Shown: positions 26,513-39,951 of the stretch, in pieces
Layout: each line of letters starts with the position of its first letter
How positions within the stretch are numbered: position 1 is the first letter of the stretch
NCBI GenBank assembly: GCA_964016885.1
Contig: OZ024747.1
Span: forward strand, 83,018,001-83,082,000
DNA: 64,000 nt
Direction: 5' to 3'
Source: Eledone cirrhosa
Taxonomy: Eukaryota
Position numbers and translations under genes: made by a program
The notes under the pieces: generated by a model
Databases searched by the model: none
Seen by the model: the letters and a program-made list of their open reading frames with translations, nothing else
Told to the model about the DNA's origin: nothing

Positions 26513-27123
26513 GTCAGGTCACCAGTTGGTGCTACTGGTAACATGTATCCCAGTACAACCTGTCTCATGGTCGGGACGTTGGCGACTAAACTGGCAACCC
26601 CACCAAGGTTTCTTGGTGAGGAGGGTGACTTTGGACATCCTGCAGGACTAAAAACAAAACCTGTCAAAGGGCAAAGGAGCTCTTAAGAGTCAATGGCCAT
26701 CCAAAATCACCGGGAGAGATGACCCCTTAGCCTTTCTCAAGGCAGAATTCTAGGAGAAGGAAAACTCTGATATAACACCTGCAACCCTGATGGTATCCAA
26801 TGATGTTGACTTGTTCTTCTTTTTGGTAAATATCATCTTGGTTAAGAGAGTGGGACTGGCTTTGTGCAGTGCCTTTGCTCACTATAAAAGCTTCACGGCA
26901 CAGGCATTGCTTTATATCTGGAGATCTCTCTGCACTTGTCCTCACATGGTACCATGGGCCCACCACTATGTGTCAATAATTGTCACAAGTGTAGTGTTTG
27001 TACCAGAGTTTTCAATACGCTGGCTGGACTAAAAAGTCACACTCGTTCAGCGCATCGGTAAGGGTTCTCCTACATGGATATAAAGTAGTGGCCGTCCTCT
27101 AAAACGAGTTGGCAGCCACCACC
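26513..27123 (+). mobile_element. Full-length bipartite non-autonomous RTE derivative (~610 bp) flanked by (TATG)n
   Basis: The 5' part carries the RTE 5'-region motif ctaggagaaggaaaactctga. The 3' part encodes a terminal C2H2 finger, HKCSVCTRVFNTLAGLKSHTRSAHR* (26984-27061), then a 3' hairpin (ctcg-aaaa-cgag in other copies) and an (ATGT)n tail. Confidence 0.85.
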
Positions 27124-27540
27124 ATGTATGTATGTATGTAGGTAGGTATATGCGTATATATGTGTATATATATATATATTTATATATATTTATATATATG
27201 TGTGTGTGTGTGTGTGTGGAAATTGTCTCCCATATGTCTGTTTGTAGGATATAGGTATAAAAGTTTAGCTAAACAAAAATATAAATATCTACAGGAGAAT
27301 GTTTGTGGGTTACACTCAGTGACTCGTTAGCTGCAGATCAACTATAAGATAGAGTAAAGAAAATAATAAATTAGTCAAAATTAGAATATAAAAATAGCTT
27401 GAAAGAAATACGTAGTTTCTGATAAGATAATGTTATAGAAAGAATGTAATTTTATAAAATACGATATAAATATGTGCGTCCAATGTATGTGTATGTATGT
27501 ATATATTTATATATATATATGTGTGTGTGTGTGTCTGTGT

Positions 27541-27666
<126 letters not shown>

Positions 27667-27899
27667 ATAATAATAAATGTGAAGACTAAAATTCAAAGAG
27701 GGCTCGATAAGGATAAATATATATCAAATATATATATATAGAGAGAGAGAGGTAGAACACTGGAAGGTAATATCCGTAGTGGTAGAGCACTCAGTCCATG
27801 GGACAAATTAGGTAGAAGTGGTTACACAACAGTTAGTTCACCATATCGAGAGAGAACAATTGTTTCACCTTAGTGGATCTGTTGTGTTACCACTTATAT

Positions 27900-27998
<99 letters not shown>

Positions 27999-28427
27999 AG
28001 TGTATGAGTACCATGTGTGTTTGTGATAGTGTTGTATATGAAGTCATATAAGGTATGTTTATGTATAATAAACATACAAGAGTCTTGCTATTGATGTTTT
28101 AAGCTCTGATCATGTTACAGCTATCTCAGTAGCCGGTGAGAATGCCAGACAAGTGTTTTTTTTTCTTGCTCTTATCCGTCACTGGTGCCATATATATGTA
28201 CAACAGTGTAGGGAGAAAGGTTGGCTAGGTCCAGTCGAGGTGGGCTGTATGGGATTCCCAGCTCACTCTGTATGAAGAATAGTCATTGGAATGACAGGAA
28301 GAGAGAAGAACGCTACAGCTGGCAGGGTGGGTGTCTAGCAGAAACGGCTTCCTGGTGACTTTGGAGCAGGAAAAAAAGGATAAGTTGGATCCAGGAGAAG
28401 AAGAAGAAGAAGAAGAAGAAGAAGAAG

Positions 28428-28480
<53 letters not shown>

Positions 28481-28530
28481 GAGGTGCTGATGATAAACTT
28501 CAAGGTGTATACGCTCGTGTGTGTGTGTGT

Positions 28531-28571
28531 CAACTATTGAATACAGACGTACACATATAGTGAAGAGTGCC

Positions 28572-28602
<31 letters not shown>

Positions 28603-29095
28603 CAACTATTGAATACAGACGTACACATATAGTGAAGAGTGCCTCTATGTGTGTGTGTGTGAGTGTGTGTGTGTGTCAACTATTGAATACAGACGTACAC
28701 ATATAGTGAAGAGTGCCTCTATGTGTGTGTGTGTGTGTGTGTGTCAACTATTGAATACAGACGTACACATATAGTGAAGAGTGCCTCTATGTGTGTGTGT
28801 GAGTGTGTGTGTGTGTGTCAACTATTGAATACAGACGTACACATATAGTGAAGAGTGCCTCTATGTGTGTGTGTGTGTGTGTGTGTCAACTATTGAATAC
28901 AGACGTACACATATAGTGAAGAGTGCCTCTATGTGTGTGTGTGTGAGTGTGTGTCAACTATTGAATACAGACGTACACATATAGTGAAGAGTGCCTCTAT
29001 GTGTGTGTGTGAGTGTGTGTGTGTGTGTCAACTATTGAATACAGACGTACACATATAGTGAAGAGTGCCTCTATGTGTGTGTGTGTGTGTGTGTG
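28531..29095. repeat. Tandem array: invariant 46-bp unit with variable (GT)n spacer, 8 copies
   Basis: caactattgaatacagacgtacacatatagtgaagagtgcctctat at 28531, 28603, 28677, 28745, 28819, 28887, 28955 and 29029. Degenerate 9th copy at 29097. Confidence 0.95.
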
Positions 29096-29811
29096 GCAAT
29101 TGTTAAATAACGTACAAATACAGTGTATTGTGTGTGTATGAGCGAGAGGGGGGGGGTAAGAGAGAAAGAGAGAGAGAGAGAGAGCAACAGTCGACTCAGT
29201 ATTTAACAAGTCCTATATATATCAATGACGAAAGGATAAAATACAAAGTTGACCTCGGTGGGATTTGAACTCAGAGTGTAAAGAGCGGGAACAAATACCA
29301 CAAACCATTCTATCCGACGTTCTAACAACTCTGTCACTTCGCCACTTTAGTCTTACATATATTGTGCTTTAAAAATACAGGATGTATTAAAAATACAGGT
29401 GTATTAAAAATACAGGTGTATTAAAAATACTCGGATCAGGGTTGACCTGTAGCAAAGCAACGATGAAGCTCTGTGCCTGGCTGAGTTGTTTGATTTCACC
29501 AGTCCTGAGTATACACCTTCGAGAGGAATAATATAGAGCATAATAAGATTATATTCAGGACCTGAGTATGTGCAAGGATCTCCTCTGAAAAGGGTTGAGA
29601 GGTATCTTTTGAGATGGGGAATCAGAATATTCATGGGACCCCCTTCTTGCTTGGTTGTCTGAGTCACAGATCTGTGTACAGGTTGAACCCCTCTCTTAAA
29701 GGCCCTGGTATATGACATTACGCGGCAAACTAGCAAAGTCGGTTTAAATATCTCGTTTTTCGTTGGCGTTTTTTCTGGCTCAACTTTCGGACTCAACTTT
29801 GCTTTTCATAC

Positions 29812-29848
<37 letters not shown>

Positions 29849-31354
29849 CAGCTCACACCTATGCAGGTTTAGCTGGCCTCCTCCAAGGTATATCTCGTTG
29901 GAGGTGTCTTGGGTAATTTAATGATAGGGACCCCAGTCCTATCATCTCATTTCTACAGCTGAGTAAACTGGAGCAACGTGAAATAAAGTGTCTTGCTCAA
30001 GGAAACAACACATCACCCGGTCCGAGAATTGAACTCACAACCTTTCGATTGCAAGCCCAATGTTCTAACCACTAAGCCATGCGCCTTCACATACATTCAT
30101 ACATTCGATGTCGATAAATAAGTAGCAGACCAGGAGATGTGGATTGGCAAAATTGTTAGAGACGGAGAGGATGCTTCGCGATTTCTGATCTGGCTCTGCG
30201 CGTTTCTGAGTTAAATTCTTACCTCATTCTCCAAGAGTTGCTACTCGTAGATAGTATTAGTAATTGAAAGACCAATAGAAACAGAGTTTCCTTGGTCCAA
30301 TCTGACGATCAGCCCCTTTCCTTTCATCAACCATCCATACGTCTTCTGCATAGATAATTGTTTTCATAAATAATTGTTTCTAGTTTCGGCACAAAGCCAA
30401 CAATTTGTGTAGAGGGAAAAGTCGATCAACCCGACCCCAACAACTGACTGCTACTTTATTTTCTGGAATGTTAGCTCTGAGCAAGGCTTTTCATATCAGT
30501 GAAAAACAAAGTTTGGGTGATTTTTGTATCTTAAATGTGCTTATTTGCTTTTCTTGTTACACTTAATTCGATTGAACACAGGCGTGGTCGAATGAGCAAG
30601 AAGTTAGCAAGGAATTCGCTTCACAATCATGGGGTTCCCAGTTCGATCCTACTGCGTGACATCTCAATTTTTTTGTCTTGTAAAAGAAACTAGGTTGACA
30701 GATACTACTTAGAAACCCATCGAATTGACTGCACTTCAAATTCAAAAGCCCTGTCTTCTCACACTGAATCTCCCTGAAAATAAGGTTAAAAACGTAAATA
30801 TCTGTGGTATACTCAGCCACTTACACATTAATTTTATGAGTAGGCAGTTCTATTGATCGGACAACTGGAATGCTCAGCGTCGAAACAGCCGAAGATCCAT
30901 TTATTATTATTACCTATTCCAACAGAAGTAATTGTCTTCTGTAGATTGACAATTTCTCTTTCAATTTCAAGTTTTCATATTAGTGTGTTGAGATGGTCTC
31001 TCTTCTATTTATTACTTCGATATCTCCAACTTAAAGCTTAACTGTTACGATAAGAGAATATAAACAAGAGTTTATTTGCCAGGATGCTGGTTCATTATTT
31101 TATCAATATTCTATCATCTATTTATAAATCTCTGTCATTATCAGTTCCGTTGTTTTTTTTTTGTTTGTTTGTTTTTTCTTAGGGATGATAAGATATGGTC
31201 TCGTAGCCGTAATTTGGGGATGATAAGATATTTCTCCTAGCCGTAATTTTGAGACCAAATAATTTCCCCGGTAGCTTTTCTTTAATACTGATTTTCACTT
31301 GGTTGTTATTCTCCACAGTATTCTAACACAAGACATTGATGCTATTATTTGTAA

Positions 31355-32580
31355 AGGGCGGTGGATTTGGTAGTATCGGTAGAGGGTCGGACGCCATGCT
31401 TTGGAGCATAGAGTTACGGCCCTTTATGGTCTGAGTTCAAATCCCGCCGAGGTTAACTTTGCCTTTCATCCTTACGGAGTCGATAAAATAAAGTACCAGT
31501 AACGTACTGGGGTCGATTTAATCGACTTTCCCCTCCCCCGAATTACTGGCCTTGTGCCTTATAGTAGAAATCATTATTTGTAAATTGGCAGTATCGGTAG
31601 AGGATCGGACGCCATGCTTTGCAGCACAGTTACGTCCCTTTACGGACAGAGTTCAAATCCCGCCGCGGTTAACTTTGCCTTTCATACTTACGGGGGTCGA
31701 TAAAATAAAGTACCAGTAATGCACTGGGTAATTGCTGGCCTTGTGCCATAAGTAGAAACAATTATTTGTAAAGGGTGGTGGATTGGCAGTATCGGTAGAG
31801 AGTCGGACGCCATGCTTTGCATCAAAGAGTTACGGTTCTTTACGTTCTGATTTCAAATCCCGCCGAGGTTAACTTTACCTTTCATCCTTACGGGCTCGAT
31901 AAAATAAAATACCAGTAATACACTGGAATAATTTCAGGCCTTGTAACAAAAGTAGAAACAACTATTATTTGTAAAGCAGTAAGCGGTGGATTAACAGAGT
32001 CGTTGGAGTGTCGGACAAATGCTTCACAGTATTTGTTCCGGCACTTTACGTTCTCAGTTCAAATCCTGCCAATGTCAACTTTGCCTTTCATCCTTCCAAG
32101 GTTGATAAAATAAAGCATCAGATAAGTACTGGAGTCGTTATAATTGACTTTTCCCCTAAATTGTTGACCTTGTGTCAATGTTAGAAAGAATTATTTGTAT
32201 AGTACTGTTGTTGAAGTTGTTAGTGTTGTTGTTGAGTCGGTTCTTATGATCGAGAACATTCCAACCGTTCAGTGTCTCCTTTACTGACTTAAAACAGTAC
32301 GAAATTTGAGGGGATTGGGTTGCTATTTCTAGCAAGTCGAGTGACTAAATAAAGCTTCTCTTGCTGGTTCATTATTACTGTTGTGGGGCGGTGGATTGGC
32401 AGTATCAGTAGAGGGTCGGACACCATGCTTTGCAGCAAAGAGTTACGGTCCTTTACGGTCTGAGTTCAAATCCCGCCGAGGTTAACTTTGCCTTTCATCC
32501 TTACGGGCTCGATAAAATGAAGTACCAGTAATACACTGGGATAATTGCTGGCCTTGTGCCAAAAGTAGAAACAATTATTA
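31355..32580 (+). mobile_element. Cluster of five head-to-tail Meta-like SINEs
   Basis: Copies at 31355-31577, 31585-31765, 31772-31968, 31982-32193 and 32386-32580. The first four are joined by attatttgtaaa linkers. Confidence 0.85.
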
Positions 32581-32649
32581 CTGTTGTTATTTATTTAAGA
32601 GCTGATTTAATCAATTTTGCTCTTCCACTAAAATTTACCTAAATTAGAA

Positions 32650-32960
32650 ATCAATATCTCTGTTCATGCATGTCATTTAGCTCTGGTGTGACGTATCTAG
32701 TTACATGTTGATGGCAGTTAGGTGTTAGAGGTTCAAGAAGAGTTAAGGACAGTACCACCTCGTTAAATGTGTATGGTGTTAGAATGAAAGCAAGCTGGTC
32801 GTTAATGTACAGTAGGAGAATTGGCGACACATTGAATCTTGGAGTACAACACAATTCATAGGAGTATCAGAGAAAATCTCGTTTGTATTTGCTGCGATAG
32901 TTTAATCTGAGAGGAAGCTTCTTACGTAAGATGTCATGCTGAATTTTCAGATTGTTGTCA
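32650..32960 (-). mobile_element. Decayed CR1/Jockey-group RT fragment
   Basis: SPILLLYIND preceded by a degenerate VPQGS-like segment. Confidence 0.5.
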
Positions 32961-34768
32961 ACTGACAAAGCTAATTCACATCGTTAAATTCTTTTTTTTT
33001 TTTAAGGCAAATTCTACCGCAGCTAGGTGTGTCCAATTTCTTTTGAAGTATTTCATCTTTTTCTTCATAGCTAACAGCAGTTGTTCATGTATTTATTTGT
33101 TTTAGTTAAGTTTGTTTAGAAATAAAGTCCCTATCAGCAGTTCTCTTTCATTTAACAAATGCTGCGTGCTGGCGTAATTGTTTCAGAATAAAATAATTAA
33201 AATGAAGACAAAGAATTGCCCTGGTGTGATTTCATTCTTTTCATCTTATCCAGTTGAAGTATTTTGACTTGTAACATTTATAAATATCACTATTAAGGTT
33301 ATAACTCCAAGTAAAACATGACAATTCCTTTTATGATCAAATGATTTTCTGGTGTTGACAATGTTGTTGACATTGCTGTTGTTGAGGTTGTTGTCATCGT
33401 TATATTTAATCATGTTACTTGTAGTGATGATTGTGTGTGTGTGGGGGGGGGGGGTGACAGCTCACACCTATGCAGGTTTAGCTGGCCTCCTCCAAGGTAT
33501 ATCTCGTTGGAGGTGTCTTGGGTAATTTAATGATAGGGACCCCAGTCCTATCATCTCATTTCTACAGCTGAGTAAACTGGAGCAACGTGAAATAAAGTGT
33601 CTTGCTCAAGGAAACAACACATCACCCGGTCCAAGAATTGAACTCACAACCTTTCGATTGCAAGCCCAATGTTCTAACCATTGGGCCATGCACCTCCAGT
33701 AGTGATGATTACCTTTGGTGAACTGAAATTCATATAAATTATCGCTACAATATTGAATAAAAATAAATCAGATTTCCCTGATTCGTGTAATGAAAATAAT
33801 GAGAACTTATCGAACAGGATTAATACTGGTGATATAGATTTCTGAAATACTTGTCGTCGAAACTTAGTACATTATTTCCTTTCCTAAGCCAAAATACGTC
33901 TGCTTATAAGAGCGGCGTTGTGTATGTTGAAGTATGTGTGTTGAAGAAAGAAGTGGAGAAAACACAATACATATTGTATGTAAGTAGGATTTTTACAATT
34001 AGAGTTTCCCATCATTGACCTGAACGAACGCCAGATGACAAACTAAGTATATCTACAGAGTTAGGCTTCAGTTTCTATAATCAAGTTAGTGTTAACGTTT
34101 AATGTAGTAAGAACAAAAATACTTCGTTTTTGTAATTGTTTGGCAAGACTGGATGTGTAAGACAAGCTGGAGTAAATAAAACAACATCAAAACGAAGAGG
34201 AGACACAGAGAAGCAAGAATAGTCATTGAGAAGGTTACAGAATGTGTGACGAAAGCGTTTTAATTATTAAATAGCTATCCGGTTACTCAACTAACCTAGA
34301 AATGGATTAGTTACCTGACTTGTAAGAAAGTCGATTTGAAATCAGAACATAAAGAACCGTAACTCTAACCCGTGAAGCATGGTGTCCGACGCTCTACCGA
34401 TTCTGCCAATCCACCGCCCTTGCCTGACTAATAATAAAAGCGAAGTGAAACTCGATATAACTATAAAAAATAATCTAATTGAAAATACTTGCAGTGAGGA
34501 AAAGATACCCTTTTCTTAATTGGCAGAATCGGTAGAGGGTCGGACGCCATGCTTTCCAGCATAGTTACGTCCCTTTACGGTCTGAGTTCAAATCCCGCCG
34601 AGGCTGACTTTGCCTTTCATCCTTACGGGGTCGATAAAATAAAGTACCAGTAATGTACTGGGTAATTGCTGGCCTTGTGCCTAAAGTAGAAACAATTATT
34701 TTGATTAATTCAGCAAGTTAGGGATACGACCCCGAACGTATTTCTGTCTGCTATATTAGACCCCCTGC

Positions 34769-34803
<35 letters not shown>

Positions 34804-34920
34804 CATACATACACACACACATAACACATACATACATAATACATACATACATACATACATACATACATACATACATACATACATACATACATACATACAT
34901 GCATACATACATACTTACAT

Positions 34921-35336
34921 GATGGCTACCCCTCGTTATCGAGTATGGCCATTGCTCGATATACCATTATTAGTAATTATTAATTAATTCTATCGTGCAA
35001 TGTCTGTGCGCAAAATTTTTTTAAAGTGAGGAAAGACTGTGCACTGAGCCAATCCCACTCTCTGAGCGACAGTAGCTATAACCCGAAAAGAAGAAAAGAT
35101 CAACATCATCGGTAACTACTGAGCCGCAGGTTTTATGTTAACGGCCATCCAAAAATGTGTAAATATGACTATACATGTGTATGTATATGTGTGTGCATGT
35201 GTATGTATATGCGCGGGGACATAGAAATAGTCGGGCTGGATACCCGATCGCGCGGTTAAACCACTGGGAGTAAAGGACCCCCAGTCTTTGTCAGGGCATT
35301 CTTCTAGGAGAAGGCAACTCAGGAAACTGGGATAAC
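34921..35336 (-). mobile_element. Bipartite RTE derivative (second subfamily) with internal 5' inversion
   Basis: The 3' hairpin end (reverse complement ggccatactcgataacgaggggtagccatc) lies next to (CATA)n. Segment 35026-35135 is colinear, whereas 35140-35336 is inverted relative to 25660-25790. Confidence 0.7.
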
Positions 35337-35442
35337 ATACATACATACATACATACATACATGCATGCATACATACATACATACATACATACATACATAC
35401 ATACATACATACATACATACATACATACATACATACATACAT

Positions 35443-36047
35443 GGTGGCTGCCAACTCGTTTTCGAGTACGGCCACTACTTTATATCCATGTAGGAGAACC
35501 CCTACCGATGCGCTGAACGAGTGTGACTTTTGAGTCCATCCAGCGACTTGAAAACTCTGGTACAAACACTACACTTGTGACAATTATTGACACATAGTGC
35601 TGGGCCCATGGTACCATGTGACAAGTGCAGAGAGATCTCCAGATATAAAGCAATGCCTGTGCCATGAAGCTTTTATAGTGAGCAAAGGCATTGCACAGAG
35701 CCAGTCCCACTCTCTTAACCAAGATGATATTTACCAAAAAGTAAAACAAGTCAACATCATTGGATACCATCAGGGTTGCAGGTGTTATATCAGAGTTTTC
35801 CTTCTCCTAGAATTCTGCCTTGACAAAGGCTAATGGGTCATCTCTCCCGGTGATTTTGGATGGCCATTGACTCTTAAGAGCTCCTTTGCCCTTTGACAGG
35901 TTTTGTTTTTAGTCCTGCAGGATGTCCAAAGTCACCCTCCTCACCAAGAAACCTTGGTGGGGTTGCCAGTTTAGTCGCCAACGACCCGACCATGAAACAG
36001 GTTGTACTGGGATACATGTTACCAGTAGCACCAACTGGTGACCTGAC
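35443..36047 (-). mobile_element. Full-length bipartite RTE derivative
   Basis: Highly similar to the reverse complement of 26513-27123. C2H2 finger HKCSVCTRVFKSLDGLKSHTRSAHR*. (CATA)n on both sides. Confidence 0.85.
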
Positions 36048-36573
36048 ATACACATACATACATACATACATACATACATACATGGTTGTCGTGGTGTGTG
36101 AGAGAAAGTTTGTTTTATTTGCATAGAATACACAAATGTATATAATCATACATACACAGTAAGACAACAAGAGGTCAAATTTCGTTTGTTTGTGTGGGGG
36201 GTTTTTTTGCTTTGTTTTTTATTTGTCTTGTTGTTGTTGTTGTTTTTGTTTTGTTGTGGTGGGGTTTTTTCTATCAGACGTGAATAGCAGACGAGATCTT
36301 TCTCTTAAAAAATAATTTAACAAACAAGAACTTAACGATCAGCAGAACGCCAACTAAATGTTCCGGGTGAGAAATCACTAAAGAGATATTGATTGCCTCA
36401 ATTCTAGGTTAAAGGTTCATTTTCGATAAGGGGCAACAAGTATTAAAGCAGACGATAAAGAGAATCTTCAAAGTCTGTTGATAGACAGGATATTAAAACA
36501 AAGTCATCAACAACACGAAGTGAGAGAGAAAGAAAGAAAAACAGTTTTATGTAAAAAGAAAAAAATTGTAAAA

Positions 36574-36591
36574 AAAATGGCGGCCGTAAGC
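36574..36591 (+). promoter_or_regulatory. YY1-type motif AAAATGGCGGC followed by a possible GTAAG donor
   Basis: aaaatggcggccgtaagc in a locally repeat-poor stretch. Motif only. Confidence 0.3.
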
Positions 36592-38458
36592 CTGTTTGGC
36601 ATTGCGTGAGAGGAGTGTTGTTGTTGCTGTTGTTGTTGTTTCTTTGCTTCTCGCGTGTTACATTTTTTTTGTCTTTGGTACCGGCATTGTGATCCTTTCT
36701 TGATTATTTATAAGTAAAATAGGAGACAATAACTTTTTTAAATTAGAATAGATGAGCTGGGTTTTATTTTATATATATATTTTTATTTCTCTGTCTTTGA
36801 AATTGTTGTTATTGATGATGATGATGGTGGTGGTGGTGGTGGTGGTGATGATGGCAATGATGGTGGTGGTGGTGGCAATGATGATGGTGGTAGTGGTGAT
36901 GGCAATGATGGTGGTGGTGGTGGTAGTGGTGGATGCAATGATGGTGGTGGTAGTGGTAGTGGCGGTGGTGGTGGTGTTATGATAGTTGTGCAGCTATTTT
37001 TCTTACTACAGTCATCATTTTAGATGCTTATTGTGATTTGACTTAAAGCTATCGTCGTTGTACTTAGTATGTGTGTGTTTTTTTACTAAACAATACTATT
37101 TTTAGTCAATTTTGTTAGTCCAGTTGTCTCGTTGTCTCATACTAGATAAATCAAATAAGCACACGCGCACACACACCCACACACTTACAGTAGAACTCTT
37201 CAAATAGTGTCAGAGCATTCAAGTAACTCAAACACATTTTATACTTTATATTGACTGGATACAAATCTTTTATTAATATTATATTAACTGTATACCTTTT
37301 ATTAATATTATATTAACTATTCTAGAACGACCTTTTACTGTCACCGCAACAGTTAAAATGAGTACACTACATTTATTTCATTGTTAAACCTTCGTTCTGA
37401 ACGAAAATTTTCCTCGGGATGTTTTAGCGTTAAAATTCTATTGTTACTTAAGAATTCTTGCCAAATCCAAATGTTTCCGCTAATCTTGACCTAAAGCACT
37501 CATAACTATATTCAATCGATTTCTTTTCCTTCTTCTTCGACGACAACTAGAATTAAATTTCTCTTCTTTTGGGGTTAGTAGTCTAAATGTTAAAATTTGC
37601 AAATAGCTCTTTTCCGTGTGTCCTTTGCTTCTGGCGACGTACTGGCTCCATTGAGGCAGTTGACTTATTTCTTACTTTATCCCTTACAATCAATATCGTA
37701 AAACTTGCTACAGTTTCATTATCCCAATTCAAATATTCTTGGTCCTCTTAACAATCTTAAACGGTCTTTTTATTCGAGTTCGTAGGGTGAGCATAAAAAA
37801 TGGCTTTGGTCTTAGAAGAGGGGGATGATAATATGTATGGTTAGTGTGTCTATTCTATTAAGTCTTGATGCTGAAAATATTTTATGAGGAGAATGTTCCT
37901 AAAGATTGTAGCAACAACATTCCCTTCCTATAAAATTTTAGATTTTGTTTTTAAATAAATCTTACTTATTACATAGGGACCTGTTATTTTACATATCTTA
38001 TACTGTTACTGTCGGTAGCATACGAAGTTGTTACTGTCACATAATGTAATATCTATAATTCTGAAAATGTGAGAATCCTAAACGTAAAAATAACAGTAAT
38101 AACAGTCGATTGCTACGGATAATAGCTGAGAAAATCGGGTAAGATACCTTTCAAATTTCAAGTTTCTTAGCGCTTCGATAATTCATATGTTTTATCTATA
38201 ATCCTGGTCGTTCTTTAGTGGGAGACTTGACCTACGCCAGTGTGTTGAAACTGAAGCAATTGTATTGTGGAACAACTACTTTAGCCATCTAAAAACACAA
38301 AAACTCTTATGTTAAGTTTTCATTTACTTCGTGTGGTTTGAGAAAACTTTCTTAAGCCCCACTGCGAGCTGTGGGCCCGTCGCCAGGCTTTGGTTCTCTT
38401 TTGTTTCAGAACTTTGGAGGTGGGTATTCTAACCCGCAAAAAAACGTAGTTCAGGGTG

Positions 38459-38499
<41 letters not shown>

Positions 38500-39920
38500 A
38501 AATTATTATTTAAAACATCACAATCCAGAAGAGTGAAAATAACATTTATTGCATAACACTGACATGTGTTTCATTGATGTATAACATATCAGTCTAGGAT
38601 CGCTAATATTTGACTATTTCAATGCAACTTGTGATATACATAACCTATCCCTCTCCAAGTCTGAACACAGCCTATTTCGTACACAAGAGAGAGAAAGAAT
38701 GATAGAGGAAAAATCGACTCAGTACTAGACTGCTGCTATTTTCTATCGAGATCGAAAGGACAAAAGGCAAAGTTGATGTTGGCGGGATTTGAACTCAGAG
38801 AGCCCTAAGAGCCATAACGAATACTTCAAAGCATCTATCAAACGGTATAACAACTCTGCTAATTCGTTGTCTTATATGTACAAAATAATTTTCAATTTTT
38901 AGTTCTTGCATGAATTGGAGTCATGATTCATGAAACATCTCTCGAAAATACATGAAACAATGTTGTTGTTTTTTAACCAGTTAGAAAAAATAAAGTTGCC
39001 CAAACATTCACTCCTCTCCATCTTGCACGAATCATTACTCAGACATCAGAGAGCCAGAATGAATATCACAAAGCAGTCTATCCAATGTTGTTATCATTCT
39101 ACCAACTTGCCGCCTTTACGTAGGCTTGACTGTTTCGTCAATATGTCCTTCGTCTATTCCATTGACATCTAGAATACATTGTAGAAACATAAATTGACCC
39201 TAGTACATTGGAAGGATTAAAAGCAAAGTAGCTGTAACTAAATACCATGTAACATATTGTCCAACACTCTAACAATTCCACTATATCACCACCACCCACC
39301 CCTAGTTCCCGAATTGGATGCGACATTTTTATATTATTATTCTCTCTTTTATTTTTCAGAACTGAAATAAATATTATCCTGGAAAATAAAATCTTGGGAC
39401 CTTCTAGAACAGAAATCCCACTTTCTAGACCTATGAGCCCTTCATGGAATCTTTGACCCTTCATCGACTCCTGGCTTGTACAAAATAAATAAGTAAATAA
39501 ATAAATGAGTAAAGTGGATATAAAATAGATAAACTATAATGATCAGTTCCACAAATGGACTGTTCCATTGTTCAAACAACTGGAGCACTTACATGAGTGT
39601 ATGTCCGTGAAATATATATATATACATACACAAGGTCCAAACACAAGAGAACTAAATTCCCACTATCACTGTCTCCATCTCTCTCGCTCTCCACATCTCC
39701 CACTATTTATATATAAACCTCTAAAAGCAAATTATATTTTATTGTATTATTTTATGTAGTTTCATGGCGATGGATTATCAGAATCGTTAAAGTGTCGGAC
39801 CAATTATTTCTGGTATTTATTAGTTCTTCACATTTTTGGTGATGGATCTTCATATTCAATGCAATGAAGACGCTTTGTTTTCTTTGTATTTTATTTATTT
39901 TATTTTTATTATTATTATTT

Positions 39921-39950
<30 letters not shown>

Positions 39951-39951
<1 letters not shown>

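Noticed and set aside
26513-26770. HDV-like or twister ribozyme in the RTE leader
   Set aside because: I could not build P1/P3/L3 of the HDV fold or find the twister consensus by eye.
28531-29095. CRISPR-like repeat-spacer array
   Set aside because: The spacers are only (GT)n of varying length.
34221-34262. Hammerhead ribozyme
   Set aside because: It is related to the 62914 family stem II, but the CUGANGA box is destroyed (ttgagaa). Not counted.
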